From the NCBI GenBank assembly GCA_016182085.1, contig JACOYB010000004.1, forward strand, positions 211,923-275,922: a stretch of 64,000 nucleotides of DNA, in the 5' to 3' direction. Shown here in pieces: positions 27,509-38,599 of the stretch. The notes beneath the pieces are model-generated. The model worked only from the letters and a program-made list of their open reading frames with translations. It was not told the origin of the DNA and did not search any database. Position 1 is the stretch's first letter. Each line of letters starts with the position of its first letter. This DNA is from Candidatus Magasanikiibacteriota bacterium. Its GTDB lineage: Bacteria > Patescibacteriota > Patescibacteriia > Magasanikbacterales > GWA2-37-8. A program made the translations under genes and the position numbers.

Positions 27509-27850
27509 CTACTTAGGAAAAGTAATGACGGGATGGGTTCTGAGAATAAGAGGCGGACATTTGGCCTTGGCATCGTAATCTACCGATCTCTTTTGCAACC
27601 AAGGCATCTGTTTACAGCGAGGACAGTCTTCGCCCTCATTGTGCCATTCACCTTCTTCGCTTTGAGATTCGCTGCAGTAAGCCTTTTCACATTCGGGGCA
27701 TTGCAGGTTCGGACTTTGAGAAATATCCTGCGAATTACATCCCGGACATCTTACGATCATTCCCAAGGCCGTTTTATTTTTTAGTAGCGATGACTCCTTG
27801 GTGACGCAGCCGCATTTCGCGCATATCCAGATTTGTTCTGGGTGGGACAT
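27509..27850 (-). CDS. Cys-rich zinc-ribbon-like hypothetical protein
   Basis: Four CxxC pairs; AAGGAG RBS. Confidence 0.65.
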   Translation of the reverse strand: MSHPEQIWICAKCGCVTKESSLLKNKTALGMIVRCPGCNSQDISQSPNLQCPECEKAYCSESQSEEGEWHNEGEDCPRCKQMPWLQKRSVDYDAKAKCPPLILRTHPVITFPK

Positions 27851-28097
27851 CTATGGGTGCTCCTTATCAGGAATTTAACATAATTTTAAATATAAATCAA
27901 TGGATAAGAGTAAAAAAATTCTTTTGGCAGCCGGTGTGATTTTGGCGGTAACTAATATTAACCAGAAAGATTCGCCGCAAGTAAAAACAAAAACACATCC
28001 TTCTTCCTATGTCTACAAATTTTATAGACATGGGAAGGCCGAAGGATGTGATGTTGTTTGCTGCGGCCTTGAATTTACTGTTTATGGTAAGATGTAG

Positions 28098-28259
28098 TCA
28101 GTCGCTATACGCCCACGCCACGAACCGAGCGTAGTCATCGTTGTAGCTACTACGTCGTTGGCCGCCACCCTGGGTAGTCTTGGGACGTGGTTTGGTCCTT
28201 GGCTTCGGAGCCTTTGTCTTGGGTTTGGCTTTTGTCTTAGCTTTGGAACGGTTCGTCAT
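28098..28259 (-). CDS. 53-aa basic K/P/T-rich peptide (not in ORF track)
   Basis: AGGAGG RBS then MTNRSKAKTKAKPKTKAPKPRTKPRPKTTQGGGQRRSSYNDDYARFVAWAYSD. Confidence 0.6.
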   Translation of the reverse strand: MTNRSKAKTKAKPKTKAPKPRTKPRPKTTQGGGQRRSSYNDDYARFVAWAYSD

Positions 28260-28303
28260 GTTTCCTCCTAAAAAGAATTTAACATAACTAAAATTTTAAA
28301 TCA

Positions 28304-29173
28304 ATGCTCAAGAGCAAAAAAATCCTATTGGCCGCCAGTATAGTTTTGATTACTTCATTGGGTCTGGTTTTGTATTTTTTGTACAAACAAAATACTCAGC
28401 ATAAATTTCAAGTTACGTTTTTTGATATTGGCCAGGGAGATGCCGCTCTAATTCAATTTGGCAATGGCCAAAAAATGCTGGTGGATTGCGGCGCGGATAA
28501 AAAAATTCTGGCCAAACTTGGGCGCGCGCTGCCTTTTTATGATCGCAACATAGATTTTCTTTTAGCCACACATCCAGACCTGGATCACTACGGCGGTTGT
28601 GTGGATGTTTTAAAAAATTATAAAGTAAAAGAAATTATTATAAATGGCCATAAAAAAGAATATGATGCGTATTGGAGAACTTGGGACGAGGCGGTAAAAA
28701 ATGAAGGGGCGAATATAAAAATTATAAACAGTCCCGAAGTTTTGATAATCGCCAGTTCAACTTTGGAATTTTTATCACCCGACAGTTCCTTGGATTTGGA
28801 TGTGGCCAGTGATGATAATAATAATTATTCCATAGTTTTTAGATTAAAAAATCAGGAAAAAAGCTTTTTGTTTACAGGTGATATGGAAATACCTTTGGAA
28901 AATGCTTTGATGAAAAAATATTGTTCTCCCACTTCAAGTTCCACGTCTGTCTGTCCAGCTTTGGAATCCAAGGTTCTTAAAGTTGGGCATCATGGCAGCG
29001 ATAGCTCCTCAGGGGAAGATTTTTTGCGGCTAGTCAGTCCCGAGAAGGCGGTTATTTCCAGCGGCAAAAATAATAAATATGGCCATCCATCATTGCGAGT
29101 ATTGAGAAAAGCGGAAAGGAGTGGCGCGGAAATACTGCGAACGGATACTTTGGGCGATATTATAAAATATTGA
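28304..29173 (+). CDS. ComEC-type metallo-beta-lactamase-fold protein
   Basis: FFDIGQGDA, THPDLDHYGG, LFTGD, KVGHHGS, YGHP. Confidence 0.9.
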   Translation: MLKSKKILLAASIVLITSLGLVLYFLYKQNTQHKFQVTFFDIGQGDAALIQFGNGQKMLVDCGADKKILAKLGRALPFYDRNIDFLLATHPDLDHYGGCVDVLKNYKVKEIIINGHKKEYDAYWRTWDEAVKNEGANIKIINSPEVLIIASSTLEFLSPDSSLDLDVASDDNNNYSIVFRLKNQEKSFLFTGDMEIPLENALMKKYCSPTSSSTSVCPALESKVLKVGHHGSDSSSGEDFLRLVSPEKAVISSGKNNKYGHPSLRVLRKAERSGAEILRTDTLGDIIKY

Positions 29174-29227
29174 CCCGGTTAAATCCGGCAAGGCCGGTCT
29201 GCGCAGCAGAATTTAACGGGGTTGACA
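29170..29227. repeat. CCCG(G)TTAAAT...ATTTAACGGGG palindrome flanked by TTGA, abutting the nusA -35 box
   Basis: TTGA-CCCGGTTAAAT..ATTTAACGGGG-TTGACA. Confidence 0.65.
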
Positions 29228-29346
29228 TAAGTCGGTATAGATGATAACATATCATTATTAAAGAGCTTTCATAAAGAAACGCTCTTTTTTGTTAGCAATT
29301 TTTGTGCTAAACTATTAACTAACTACCTTAATTTAAGAAAATACAT

Positions 29347-30576
29347 ATGTCAGATATCACTAAGGCCATGCAAGTATTATGTGAGGAAAAAAACCTTTCT
29401 TATGAATCCGTATTAGAGGCAATTGAGTTTGCCCTTGCGGCCGCGTATCGCAAGGATTTTGGCAATAAACAGCAAAATATCAAGGTAAAGTTTGATCCGG
29501 AGACTTCGGATATGAAAGCTTGGGACGTTAAAACTGTTGTGGAGGATATCCCCGAAGAAACCTTGCTTGCCGCCCAAGAAGAATTAACCAAACGACGTGA
29601 AAAAGCCAAAGAGGAAAAACGTGAATTGACCGATGAAGAAACTGAAGACTTGCCTCGTTTCAACCCAAAGACCGAGCTGATGATTTCCGCCGCTAAAGAA
29701 ATAGATAAAAAAGCAAAAGTAGGGGATGTTTTGGAAATTCCACTTGAAATTCAACACGAATTTGGTCGTATGGCCGCGCAAACCGCCAAACAAGTTATTA
29801 TCCAAAAAATTCGCGAAGCCGAACGCGGTATCATGTTTAATGATTTCAAAGGCCAGGAAGGTCAATTGATCATGGGTACGATCCAAAGAGCCGAAGCCCG
29901 CAAAGTTTTGGTTGATTTTGGAAAAGTAACCGGCGTGTTGCTCGCAGATCAGCAAAATCCTCGCGACCACTATCGCCCGGGCGCGCGTATGAAGTTTTTG
30001 TTATTGTCCGTAGAAATGACACCGCGCGGTTTGGAAGTGTTATTGTCTCGCAGCGATGTCGGTATGGTGCGTGAAATTTTCAAACAAGAAATTCCGGAAA
30101 TTAACGACGGTGTCATAGAAATAAAAGGCGTTGCCCGTGAGTCCGGTTTCCGTTCCAAAGTATCTGTATTTACGACTGATAAATCAATTGATCCGATCGG
30201 CTCTTGTATCGGACAGAAAGGCAGCCGCATAAATACAATTATTGAAGAACTGGGCGGAGAAAAAATTGATATCATCCAATATAGCGAGGATGCGAAAGAG
30301 TATATTGCCCATGCTTTGGCTCCGGCAAAAATCTTGGGAGTAAAATTAAATGAGGCTGAAAAAATTGCCGAAGTATCCGTGGTTACGGATCAATTCTCTT
30401 TGGCTATTGGCCGCAATGGGCAAAATGTTCGTTTGGCTGCCAATTTGACCGGTTGGAGAATAGATGTGGTAGAAGAAGGTGGAAAACAAGAAGTTTCAAG
30501 CGATAAAGTTGAACCGGAAGCATCAGAAGAAGCCGCCGTTGAAGAAGTCAAAGAAGAAGAAAAAGCCGTGGAGTAA
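29347..30576 (+). CDS. nusA: Transcription elongation factor NusA
   Basis: FGRMAAQTAKQVI, ARESGFRSK, SLAIGRNGQNVRLA. Confidence 0.96.
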   Translation: MSDITKAMQVLCEEKNLSYESVLEAIEFALAAAYRKDFGNKQQNIKVKFDPETSDMKAWDVKTVVEDIPEETLLAAQEELTKRREKAKEEKRELTDEETEDLPRFNPKTELMISAAKEIDKKAKVGDVLEIPLEIQHEFGRMAAQTAKQVIIQKIREAERGIMFNDFKGQEGQLIMGTIQRAEARKVLVDFGKVTGVLLADQQNPRDHYRPGARMKFLLLSVEMTPRGLEVLLSRSDVGMVREIFKQEIPEINDGVIEIKGVARESGFRSKVSVFTTDKSIDPIGSCIGQKGSRINTIIEELGGEKIDIIQYSEDAKEYIAHALAPAKILGVKLNEAEKIAEVSVVTDQFSLAIGRNGQNVRLAANLTGWRIDVVEEGGKQEVSSDKVEPEASEEAAVEEVKEEEKAVE

Positions 30577-30580
30577 CCCA

Positions 30581-30609
30581 TGTCATCCTGAACTTGTTTC
30601 AGAATGACA
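30581..30609. repeat. Short TGTCAT...ATGACA element
   Basis: TGTCATCCTGAACTTGTTTCAGAATGACA. Confidence 0.7.
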
Positions 30610-30633
30610 ATTATTTAGTCATTAGAAATTTTT

Positions 30634-31386
30634 ATGTTAGCTTTGTTTAACACCATTCTATACCAACCAATATTCAATCTCTTTGTTTTTTTGTATAACA
30701 TTTTGCCCGGACACGATGTTGGTTTGGTAATTTTGGCAATTACGATTTTAGTGCGACTGGCCGTGTATCCGCTTACGAGCGCTTCCATAAAATCCCAGCG
30801 CGCCTTACAGGATTTGCAACCAAAGTTAGCGGCTATAAAACAACAATACGCCGATGATAAACAAAAGCAAACGGTGGCTATCATGGAGATGTATAAAAAT
30901 AACAAAGTAAACCCGCTGGCTTCTTGTTTGCCAATGTTAATTCAGTTGCCGATTTTGATTGCCTTGTATATGGTATTGCAGGATGGGTTGAATTCAAAAA
31001 ATTTAGCAGATTCTCTGTATTCGTTTATCAGTAATCCGGGTACCATAAATCAAATTTCTCTTGGCGTCCTTAATATGGCCAAACCAAACTATGTTTTGGC
31101 TATTTTAGCCGGTTTGGCGCAGTATTTCCAAGCTAAAACTTTGAGTACAAAAAATCCCCCTCTTCAAGCCGGTGAAGGTTCAAAAGACGAGGCGATGATG
31201 TCTATGATGAACAAGCAGATGCTTTATTTTATGCCAGTGATGACCGTGGTAATTGGTTTTAATTTGCCCGGCGGACTTACCCTGTATTGGTTCTTCAGCA
31301 CACTGCTTATGGTGTTGCAGCAGCTATGGATTTCTAAGAATTTCAAAAGCAAGGGCAGCGTCATTGAAGGGCAAATCGTTAAATAA
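30634..31386 (+). CDS. yidC: Membrane protein insertase YidC (short form)
   Basis: LQPKL..IK, VNPLASCLPMLIQLPI, GLTLYW. Confidence 0.92.
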   Translation: MLALFNTILYQPIFNLFVFLYNILPGHDVGLVILAITILVRLAVYPLTSASIKSQRALQDLQPKLAAIKQQYADDKQKQTVAIMEMYKNNKVNPLASCLPMLIQLPILIALYMVLQDGLNSKNLADSLYSFISNPGTINQISLGVLNMAKPNYVLAILAGLAQYFQAKTLSTKNPPLQAGEGSKDEAMMSMMNKQMLYFMPVMTVVIGFNLPGGLTLYWFFSTLLMVLQQLWISKNFKSKGSVIEGQIVK

Positions 31387-31427
31387 ACTCGGTGTTAATT
31401 TAATTAAAACCCATCGGCACATATTGT

Positions 31428-31694
31428 ATGATTATTAATCTGCGTACATTATTGCATCTGCCGGTTTATACCGAGTCTGGAACGAAACTCGGTACGGTTT
31501 TTGATTTAGAATTGGATGCCGAAGGGCATGTCATAATGAAATATTTTGTTAAAGCGAATTTTTTAAGCGTAAAATATTTTCTGATTGAGAAAAGTTTGGT
31601 AAAAGAAATTACAGAAGACAAAATAGTTGTATATGATAGCGTGGAAAGGGGTAGTTTGCTTGAAATGCCGCCCAATATGGCTTTAGGGGAGTAA
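31428..31694 (+). CDS. PRC-barrel domain protein
   Basis: LPVYTESGTKLGTVFDLELD. Confidence 0.75.
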   Translation: MIINLRTLLHLPVYTESGTKLGTVFDLELDAEGHVIMKYFVKANFLSVKYFLIEKSLVKEITEDKIVVYDSVERGSLLEMPPNMALGE

Positions 31695-31698
31695 CTTT

Positions 31699-32634
31699 AT
31701 GATTCAAGTTGAAACGCTGCAGCGTTCCATAAAAAATACCCTAACTTATTTTGATATAGCTGATTTTCCTCTTACCAAAGAGGAACTTTTTGTTTTTCTT
31801 TGGCAACCGCCCAGGGTTAGTTATGCGGATTTTTTAGAATTTTTACAGATAAATAATTCTGGATTTGAAACCAGACAGGGTTTTTATTTTTTGCCGGGCA
31901 GATCCGAACTTATAGAAACGAGGCAGCGCCGGCTGCTTATTTCCGAAAAAAAACTTAAGATCGCTCGTCGGGCGGCCGGAATAATTAGATCGGTTCCGTT
32001 TCTCAAAGCCGTGTTTGTCTGTAATACGGTCGGATCCGAACAAGCCAAAGAAGATAGTGATATAGATTTTTTTATAATTACGGCCAAAAATAGAATCTGG
32101 GTTACCAGATTGTTTGTTACATTTTTATTGAGTTTGTTTAGGTTAAGACGTGTTAAAGATCGCGTTAAAGATAAAATCTGCCTTAGTTTTTATGTGACCG
32201 AAGATAATTTGGATTTGTCTAAATTTAGAGTGGCTGACGATGATATTCACTTTGCTTTTTGGATAAACCAAATGTTGCCGCTATATGACCCGGATAATTA
32301 CTTCGCCAAATTTTTAGAGGCAAATAGCTGGACAAAAAAGTATTTACCGAATATAAATATTAGCAGCAGTGCATCTTATATTTTTAAAGTTTCCGATTCC
32401 CGCCTCGGGAAAATTTGGAAAAGTATCTGGGAAAAAATGTGGACAGGTGCTTATGGGGATTTGGTAAATGGTGAAGCCAAGAAAATACAATTATCCAAAA
32501 TGAAGTTTTCCGGCAATAAAATAGACAGAGGCGAAGATAAAGGCGTGGTAATTTCCGATTCTATTTTGAAGTTTCATGAGAAGGACACTAGGCTGCAATA
32601 TAGAGAATTATGGCAACACAAAATCGCATCCTAA
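31699..32634 (+). CDS. Nucleotidyltransferase-fold hypothetical protein
   Basis: DSDIDFFII DxD motif. Confidence 0.65.
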   Translation: MIQVETLQRSIKNTLTYFDIADFPLTKEELFVFLWQPPRVSYADFLEFLQINNSGFETRQGFYFLPGRSELIETRQRRLLISEKKLKIARRAAGIIRSVPFLKAVFVCNTVGSEQAKEDSDIDFFIITAKNRIWVTRLFVTFLLSLFRLRRVKDRVKDKICLSFYVTEDNLDLSKFRVADDDIHFAFWINQMLPLYDPDNYFAKFLEANSWTKKYLPNINISSSASYIFKVSDSRLGKIWKSIWEKMWTGAYGDLVNGEAKKIQLSKMKFSGNKIDRGEDKGVVISDSILKFHEKDTRLQYRELWQHKIAS

Positions 32635-34061
32635 TTTTAAAAAAAGCACAGGATTTGATCCTGATTGCGTTTTTGTTTTTGTTGCCTTGGCAGACCAGGT
32701 ACATTTGGCATTATGGCCAGTTGAATGGCGGGTATTGGGAGTATGGCACCGGCAGTATTTATGCGACCGAGATATTGTTGTGGATTATTTTAATTCTATT
32801 TTTTGTTAATAATTTTCTAAACAAAGAAGTTTGGGCGGGACTCATAAGGAGAAAAAATATTTTAGCACCTGTGTTTTTGCTGTTTTTGGCGGTACTTGGT
32901 TTTTCGGTAGTTTTTAGTGAAAATATTGGCGTGTCTTATGGTTATGTTTTTCACATCTTAGAAGGTATGGCTCTAATGACAGTGCTGGTGCGAAGTGGAC
33001 AATCGTTCGCTGTCATCCCGACCGCAGTGGAGGGATCCCTTATACCAAATCAAAAAGATTCCTCTATTACGCTTCGTTCCAATTGGAACGACAAATATTT
33101 GTATGCTATTTGGCTGGGCGCAGTAGGGCAGGGCATGTTGGCAATGTATCAATTTTTAAACCAAAGTGTTTTTGCGAGCAAATGGTTGGGGATGGCCGGG
33201 CAGGAGGCATATAATTTAGGTCCAAGCGTGATAGAGTTTGCCGACCAAAGATGGTTGCGCGCGTATGGAAGTTTTGGTTCGCCAAATTCACTCGGAATTT
33301 ATCTGGCAGTTTTGTTTGTCTTAGGTCTTATATTGTATTTAAAAACAGAATCCCCGCGTTATAAAATTTTAATCAGTATTGGCCAGCTATTTGTTTTGTC
33401 AGGTTTACTAGTCTCTTTTTCCCGAGGAGCGTGGCTCGCGGCTGTAGCCGGGGTGTTATGTTTATTTATAATTTTAATTTATAAGCGCAAACCGTCATTC
33501 CCGCCGCAAGCGGGAATCCAGGCAATCGGATCGGATACTAGATTCCCGCTTGCGGCGGGAATGACAAATTTGAAAGAATTTGCCAAACAAATAGTTTTTG
33601 TTTTAGCAGTAGTTGTATTTTGGGTAGCTATTTTTTATCCGGTATTTAACGCTCGGTTTAATCTGCAAAATCGCTTAGAAATAAAATCCGTTGCTGAAAG
33701 GCAGGAGCAGTATAGCGGGTCACTGGCGTTTATTAAAGTAAATTCAGTCTTAGGTGTTGGCCCGGGTGCATATACGTATGCGTTATATAAAAAATATTCA
33801 AATTTAGCTTCCTGGCAATATCAGCCAATCCACAATATTTATCTGCTTGGCGTAGTAGAAATGGGCGTAGTTGCGGCCGTGCTGCTTGCGTTCTTAATAG
33901 CAAATTTTGCTAAAATGATTATAAAAAATAATATTATTTATCTTCCGGTTCTAACTGCCCTGCTTGTTTCTGGCCTGTTTGATCATTGGCTTGCCAGCTT
34001 GTTTACGGGCATAATGTTGTGGTGGGTAATCTGGGGTCTAGGTCTAAAAAGAAACTCTTGA
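32610..34061 (+). CDS. O-antigen ligase-family membrane protein
   Basis: RAYGSFGSPN, SFSRGAW, GVGPG, PIHNIYL; two in-frame palindromes. Confidence 0.85.
   Translation: MATQNRILILKKAQDLILIAFLFLLPWQTRYIWHYGQLNGGYWEYGTGSIYATEILLWIILILFFVNNFLNKEVWAGLIRRKNILAPVFLLFLAVLGFSVVFSENIGVSYGYVFHILEGMALMTVLVRSGQSFAVIPTAVEGSLIPNQKDSSITLRSNWNDKYLYAIWLGAVGQGMLAMYQFLNQSVFASKWLGMAGQEAYNLGPSVIEFADQRWLRAYGSFGSPNSLGIYLAVLFVLGLILYLKTESPRYKILISIGQLFVLSGLLVSFSRGAWLAAVAGVLCLFIILIYKRKPSFPPQAGIQAIGSDTRFPLAAGMTNLKEFAKQIVFVLAVVVFWVAIFYPVFNARFNLQNRLEIKSVAERQEQYSGSLAFIKVNSVLGVGPGAYTYALYKKYSNLASWQYQPIHNIYLLGVVEMGVVAAVLLAFLIANFAKMIIKNNIIYLPVLTALLVSGLFDHWLASLFTGIMLWWVIWGLGLKRNS
33011..33093. repeat. Degenerate TGTCAT element, in frame
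   Basis: TGTCATCCCGACCGCAGTGGAGGGATCC..GATTCCTC..GGAACGACA. Confidence 0.7.
33493..33566. repeat. GTCATTCCCG...CGGGAATGACA element, in frame
   Basis: Near-identical to intergenic copy 58113-58187. Confidence 0.9.
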
Positions 34062-34123
34062 CACCCGGTTTTTCTTCTAGTAAAATGAGTTCACTCTTAT
34101 CACTCTATTATTTTGAGTGCTAA
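34058..34123 (+). promoter_or_regulatory. groESL promoter with CIRCE (HrcA operator)
   Basis: TTGACA-17-TAAAAT, then TTATCACTC-N9-GAGTGCTAA at 34097-34123 (1 mismatch to CIRCE). Confidence 0.85.
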
Positions 34124-34153
34124 TACTTCTAAATAATTTAATTATTTTAGTAT

Positions 34154-34438
34154 ATGCAAATCAAGCCATTAGGAGACAACGTTTTAGTTAAGCAAATCAA
34201 AGCCGATGAAGTTACTTCTTTCGGTTTGGTTTTGCCGGATAAAGACGAGAAAAAAGCCGAAGCCGAAGTAGTGGCCGTTGGCCCGGGCAAATTGCTTGAA
34301 AACGGACAGCGAAGCAATATGGAAGTAAAAGTTGGCGACAAAGTACTATTAAAAAATTGGGGTGGAGAAAAAGTAGAATTAAATAAGGAAGAATATAAAA
34401 TTGTTTCACAGGATGATATTTTAGCAGTAATTCAATAA
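34154..34438 (+). CDS. groES: Co-chaperonin GroES
   Basis: IKPLGDNVLV, VVAVGPG, VKVGDKV. Confidence 0.96.
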   Translation: MQIKPLGDNVLVKQIKADEVTSFGLVLPDKDEKKAEAEVVAVGPGKLLENGQRSNMEVKVGDKVLLKNWGGEKVELNKEEYKIVSQDDILAVIQ

Positions 34439-34562
34439 ATAAGAGTCTCATTGATATTAATTTTCTTGCAGCCAAACTACCCCTAAAGGGGATGCTCGCT
34501 GCGGCGAGTGCGATGGCTGCCGCAAAAATCAATATCAACTCGCCTTGTATCTTAATTCATAA

Positions 34563-36227
<1,665 letters not shown>

Positions 36228-36239
36228 ACAAAACTATTT

Positions 36240-36307
36240 TGTCATGCCGAACTTGTTTCGGCATCCCGTTATTAGCAAGGAGATCCCGAAACAAGTTCGG
36301 GATGACA
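36240..36307. repeat. Intergenic TGTCAT...ATGACA palindromic element
   Basis: TGTCATGCCGAACTTGTTTCGG..CCGAAACAAGTTCGGGATGACA. Confidence 0.85.
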
Positions 36308-36310
36308 GAA

Positions 36311-36345
36311 AAACAAAAGCGCTCCGAAAGGGGCGTTTTTTGTTT
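36311..36345 (+). terminator. groEL terminator
   Basis: GCGCTCC-GAAA-GGGGCGT followed by T tract. Confidence 0.7.
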
Positions 36346-36402
36346 GTAAAATGTTAGAATACAGAGTAGAATTAATTTAACTATTTAAATCATTTATAAA
36401 TT

Positions 36403-36894
36403 ATGAGCAGCTATATAATTTCATTTTTTTCCTCATTTCCCCCAGAACTCGCCACTTTTCTTATTGGTATGACACCTGTTGGCGAAATTCGCCTGGCTTT
36501 ACCGGTGGCAATTTTGGGATACAAACTCCCGATTTGGGAGGCGTTTTTTTGGGGAGTAATGGGGAATATGGTTCCGGTAACTATAATTTTGTCTTTCGCT
36601 AAATATTTTCATTTATGGATTCACAAAAGATCCGGATGGTTTGCCTCGGCCTGGGTTAAATATCTGGATAGAGCCCAGCATAAATTTGCGGGGGATTATC
36701 AAAAATACGGATTAATCGGACTGATGATTTTTGTGGGCATCCCACTGCCTATGACCGGAGCGTGGACCGGCGCTTTGGCCGCTTTTGTTTTTGCTTTGCC
36801 TTTTGGCAAATCATGGTTTTCTATTTTAGCCGGCGTAATTATTTCCGGCATGGCTACATTGCTTATAACCGTTGGAGCGGGCAGGATATTTTGA
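36403..36894 (+). CDS. COG2426 small multi-drug export-like membrane protein
   Basis: PVGEIRLALP, FVGIPLPMTGAWTG. Confidence 0.85.
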   Translation: MSSYIISFFSSFPPELATFLIGMTPVGEIRLALPVAILGYKLPIWEAFFWGVMGNMVPVTIILSFAKYFHLWIHKRSGWFASAWVKYLDRAQHKFAGDYQKYGLIGLMIFVGIPLPMTGAWTGALAAFVFALPFGKSWFSILAGVIISGMATLLITVGAGRIF

Positions 36895-36911
36895 GTTTCC
36901 ATTTTTGGCTT

Positions 36912-36947
36912 CTCACCCTATAAGGGGGAGGATATAGGAGGGGGTTT
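36912..36947 (-). repeat. CCTCCCC/GGGGAGG palindromic element upstream of the DUF559 gene
   Basis: CTCACCCTATAAGGGGGAGGATATAGGAGGGGGTTT. Confidence 0.75.
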
Positions 36948-36958
36948 CGGATATTATT

Positions 36959-37336
36959 ATGACCATAAAGAGAACATATCAAAACGAACCGACACTAAAG
37001 GATGTGAGGCGTTTCCTGCGCGCAGAAGGCACGTCCGCAGAAAAAATTTTATGGAAGTATATTCGCAAAAATCAATTAGGTTATAAATTTCGTAGGCAGT
37101 TTAGCATTGGAAATTTTGTGGCTGATTTTTACTGCCACGAGCTTAAATTAATTATTGAATTGGATGGGTGGACACACGATAGTTCTCAGACTAAAATTAA
37201 AGATTTGCGGAAACAACAATTTTTTGAAGGTAAGGGTTATACAGTAATTAGACTTACGAACGAAGAGATTTATGGAGATCCGGAAAAATTTATTGCTCGT
37301 ATTAAAGAGATTTGTGATAAATTATCAAAATACTAA
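36959..37336 (+). CDS. DUF559 (Vsr-like) endonuclease domain protein
   Basis: TSAEKILW, FRRQFSIGNFVADFYC, IIELDGWTH, GYTVIRL. Confidence 0.9.
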   Translation: MTIKRTYQNEPTLKDVRRFLRAEGTSAEKILWKYIRKNQLGYKFRRQFSIGNFVADFYCHELKLIIELDGWTHDSSQTKIKDLRKQQFFEGKGYTVIRLTNEEIYGDPEKFIARIKEICDKLSKY

Positions 37337-37509
37337 ACCCCACCCTTTATCCCTCCCCTTGTAGGGTAGGGAACGAACGAAACAAAGAATAATAACTATT
37401 CTCTTCACACACCTCTTTACTTATAAGGGAGGGAGCGAACAGGTAAGCGGCTGGAGTAAGTTTGTTGTAAGTCCTCCCCCTATAAGGGGGAGGACAGAGG
37501 AGGGGGTTT
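37335..37509. repeat. Cluster of CCTCCCC/GGGGAGG elements downstream of the DUF559 gene
   Basis: Copies at about 37335-37374, 37406-37437 (degenerate) and 37473-37509 (inverted). Confidence 0.75.
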
Positions 37510-37521
37510 TGTGCTAATACT

Positions 37522-38598
37522 ATGTCCATAGATGATTTAAAACAATTACAATCTAAAATACAATCCACCAAAAAACTTCTTAACATAGAAAGTCTGCAAA
37601 AAAAGATGGAACAGTTGGCGGAAGAAATGAACGCGCCTGATTTTTGGAACAACCAAGAAAATGCGCAAGCGGTTAGCCAGGATTATCAGGATATAAAAAA
37701 AGAAATAGATAAGTTTGAAGATTTGGAAAAAAGAATAAATGACCTGCTAGAATTATCGCAATCGCAAGACGAATCCTTGGCTAGTGAAATAGAAGATCAA
37801 ACCAAAAAATTGCAAAAAGAATTTGATGATTATGAATTTTTGGTTTTGCTTTCGGGGCCGTATGATAAAAGTAACGCAATTATTAGTATTCACGCCGGCG
37901 CGGGTGGTACTGAAGCGCAAGATTGGGCCGAAATGTTGTTGCGCATGATTATGCGTTTTGCGGATAAGATGGGTTGGAAAACCAGAATTTTAGACGAATC
38001 TCGCGGTGCCGAAGCCGGTTATAAATCGGTCATGTTAGAAATAAAAGGACGGTATGCGTATGGTTATTTAAAATCCGAACACGGCGTGCATAGACTAGTG
38101 CGCATTTCTCCATTTGATGCCGAAAAAATGCGCCATACCTCTTTTGCGCTTATAGAAGTTTTGCCAGAGCTGGATGATAAAGTAAAAATTGAAATTGATC
38201 CAAAAGATTTGAGGATTGATACATTTATGTCCGGGGGCAAGGGCGGACAAAGTGTAAACACTACTTATTCGGCGGTGCGGATTGTGCATATTCCTACCGG
38301 CATTTCTGTTTCTTGCCAAAACGAACGGTCGCAGCAGCAAAACAAAGATATGGCCATGAAAATTTTACAATCAAAATTAAATATTTTAGAAGAAGAAAAG
38401 AAAGCCAAAGAACGCCAGGAAATGCGCGGAGAATACAAATCCGCCGAATGGGGCAACCAAATTCGTTCGTATGTGTTGCACCCATATCATTTGGTAAAAG
38501 ATAATAGATCCGAATACGAATCTGCCGATCCGGAATCAGTTTTAGAAGGTGAGCTACTGCCGCTTAGCGAAGCGTATTTAAAGTGGATAAAAAGCTAG
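37522..38598 (+). CDS. prfB: Peptide chain release factor 2 (continuous ORF)
   Basis: GAGGTEAQDW, ISPF, GGQ, WGNQIRSY. Confidence 0.96.
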   Translation: MSIDDLKQLQSKIQSTKKLLNIESLQKKMEQLAEEMNAPDFWNNQENAQAVSQDYQDIKKEIDKFEDLEKRINDLLELSQSQDESLASEIEDQTKKLQKEFDDYEFLVLLSGPYDKSNAIISIHAGAGGTEAQDWAEMLLRMIMRFADKMGWKTRILDESRGAEAGYKSVMLEIKGRYAYGYLKSEHGVHRLVRISPFDAEKMRHTSFALIEVLPELDDKVKIEIDPKDLRIDTFMSGGKGGQSVNTTYSAVRIVHIPTGISVSCQNERSQQQNKDMAMKILQSKLNILEEEKKAKERQEMRGEYKSAEWGNQIRSYVLHPYHLVKDNRSEYESADPESVLEGELLPLSEAYLKWIKS

Positions 38599-38599
38599 T

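Noticed and set aside
27900-28097. 65-aa ORF
   Set aside because: Chimera of duplicated MBL start, methyltransferase fragment and hairpin; likely a duplication scar.
34445-34545. Hairpin between groES and groEL as an ncRNA
   Set aside because: No recognised family; shares GCTCGCTGCGGC with 13065-13076 (inverted), so more likely another repeat relic.
37522-37600. Programmed +1 frameshift in prfB
   Set aside because: ORF is continuous; no CTT-TGA site (reads CTT CTT AAC).
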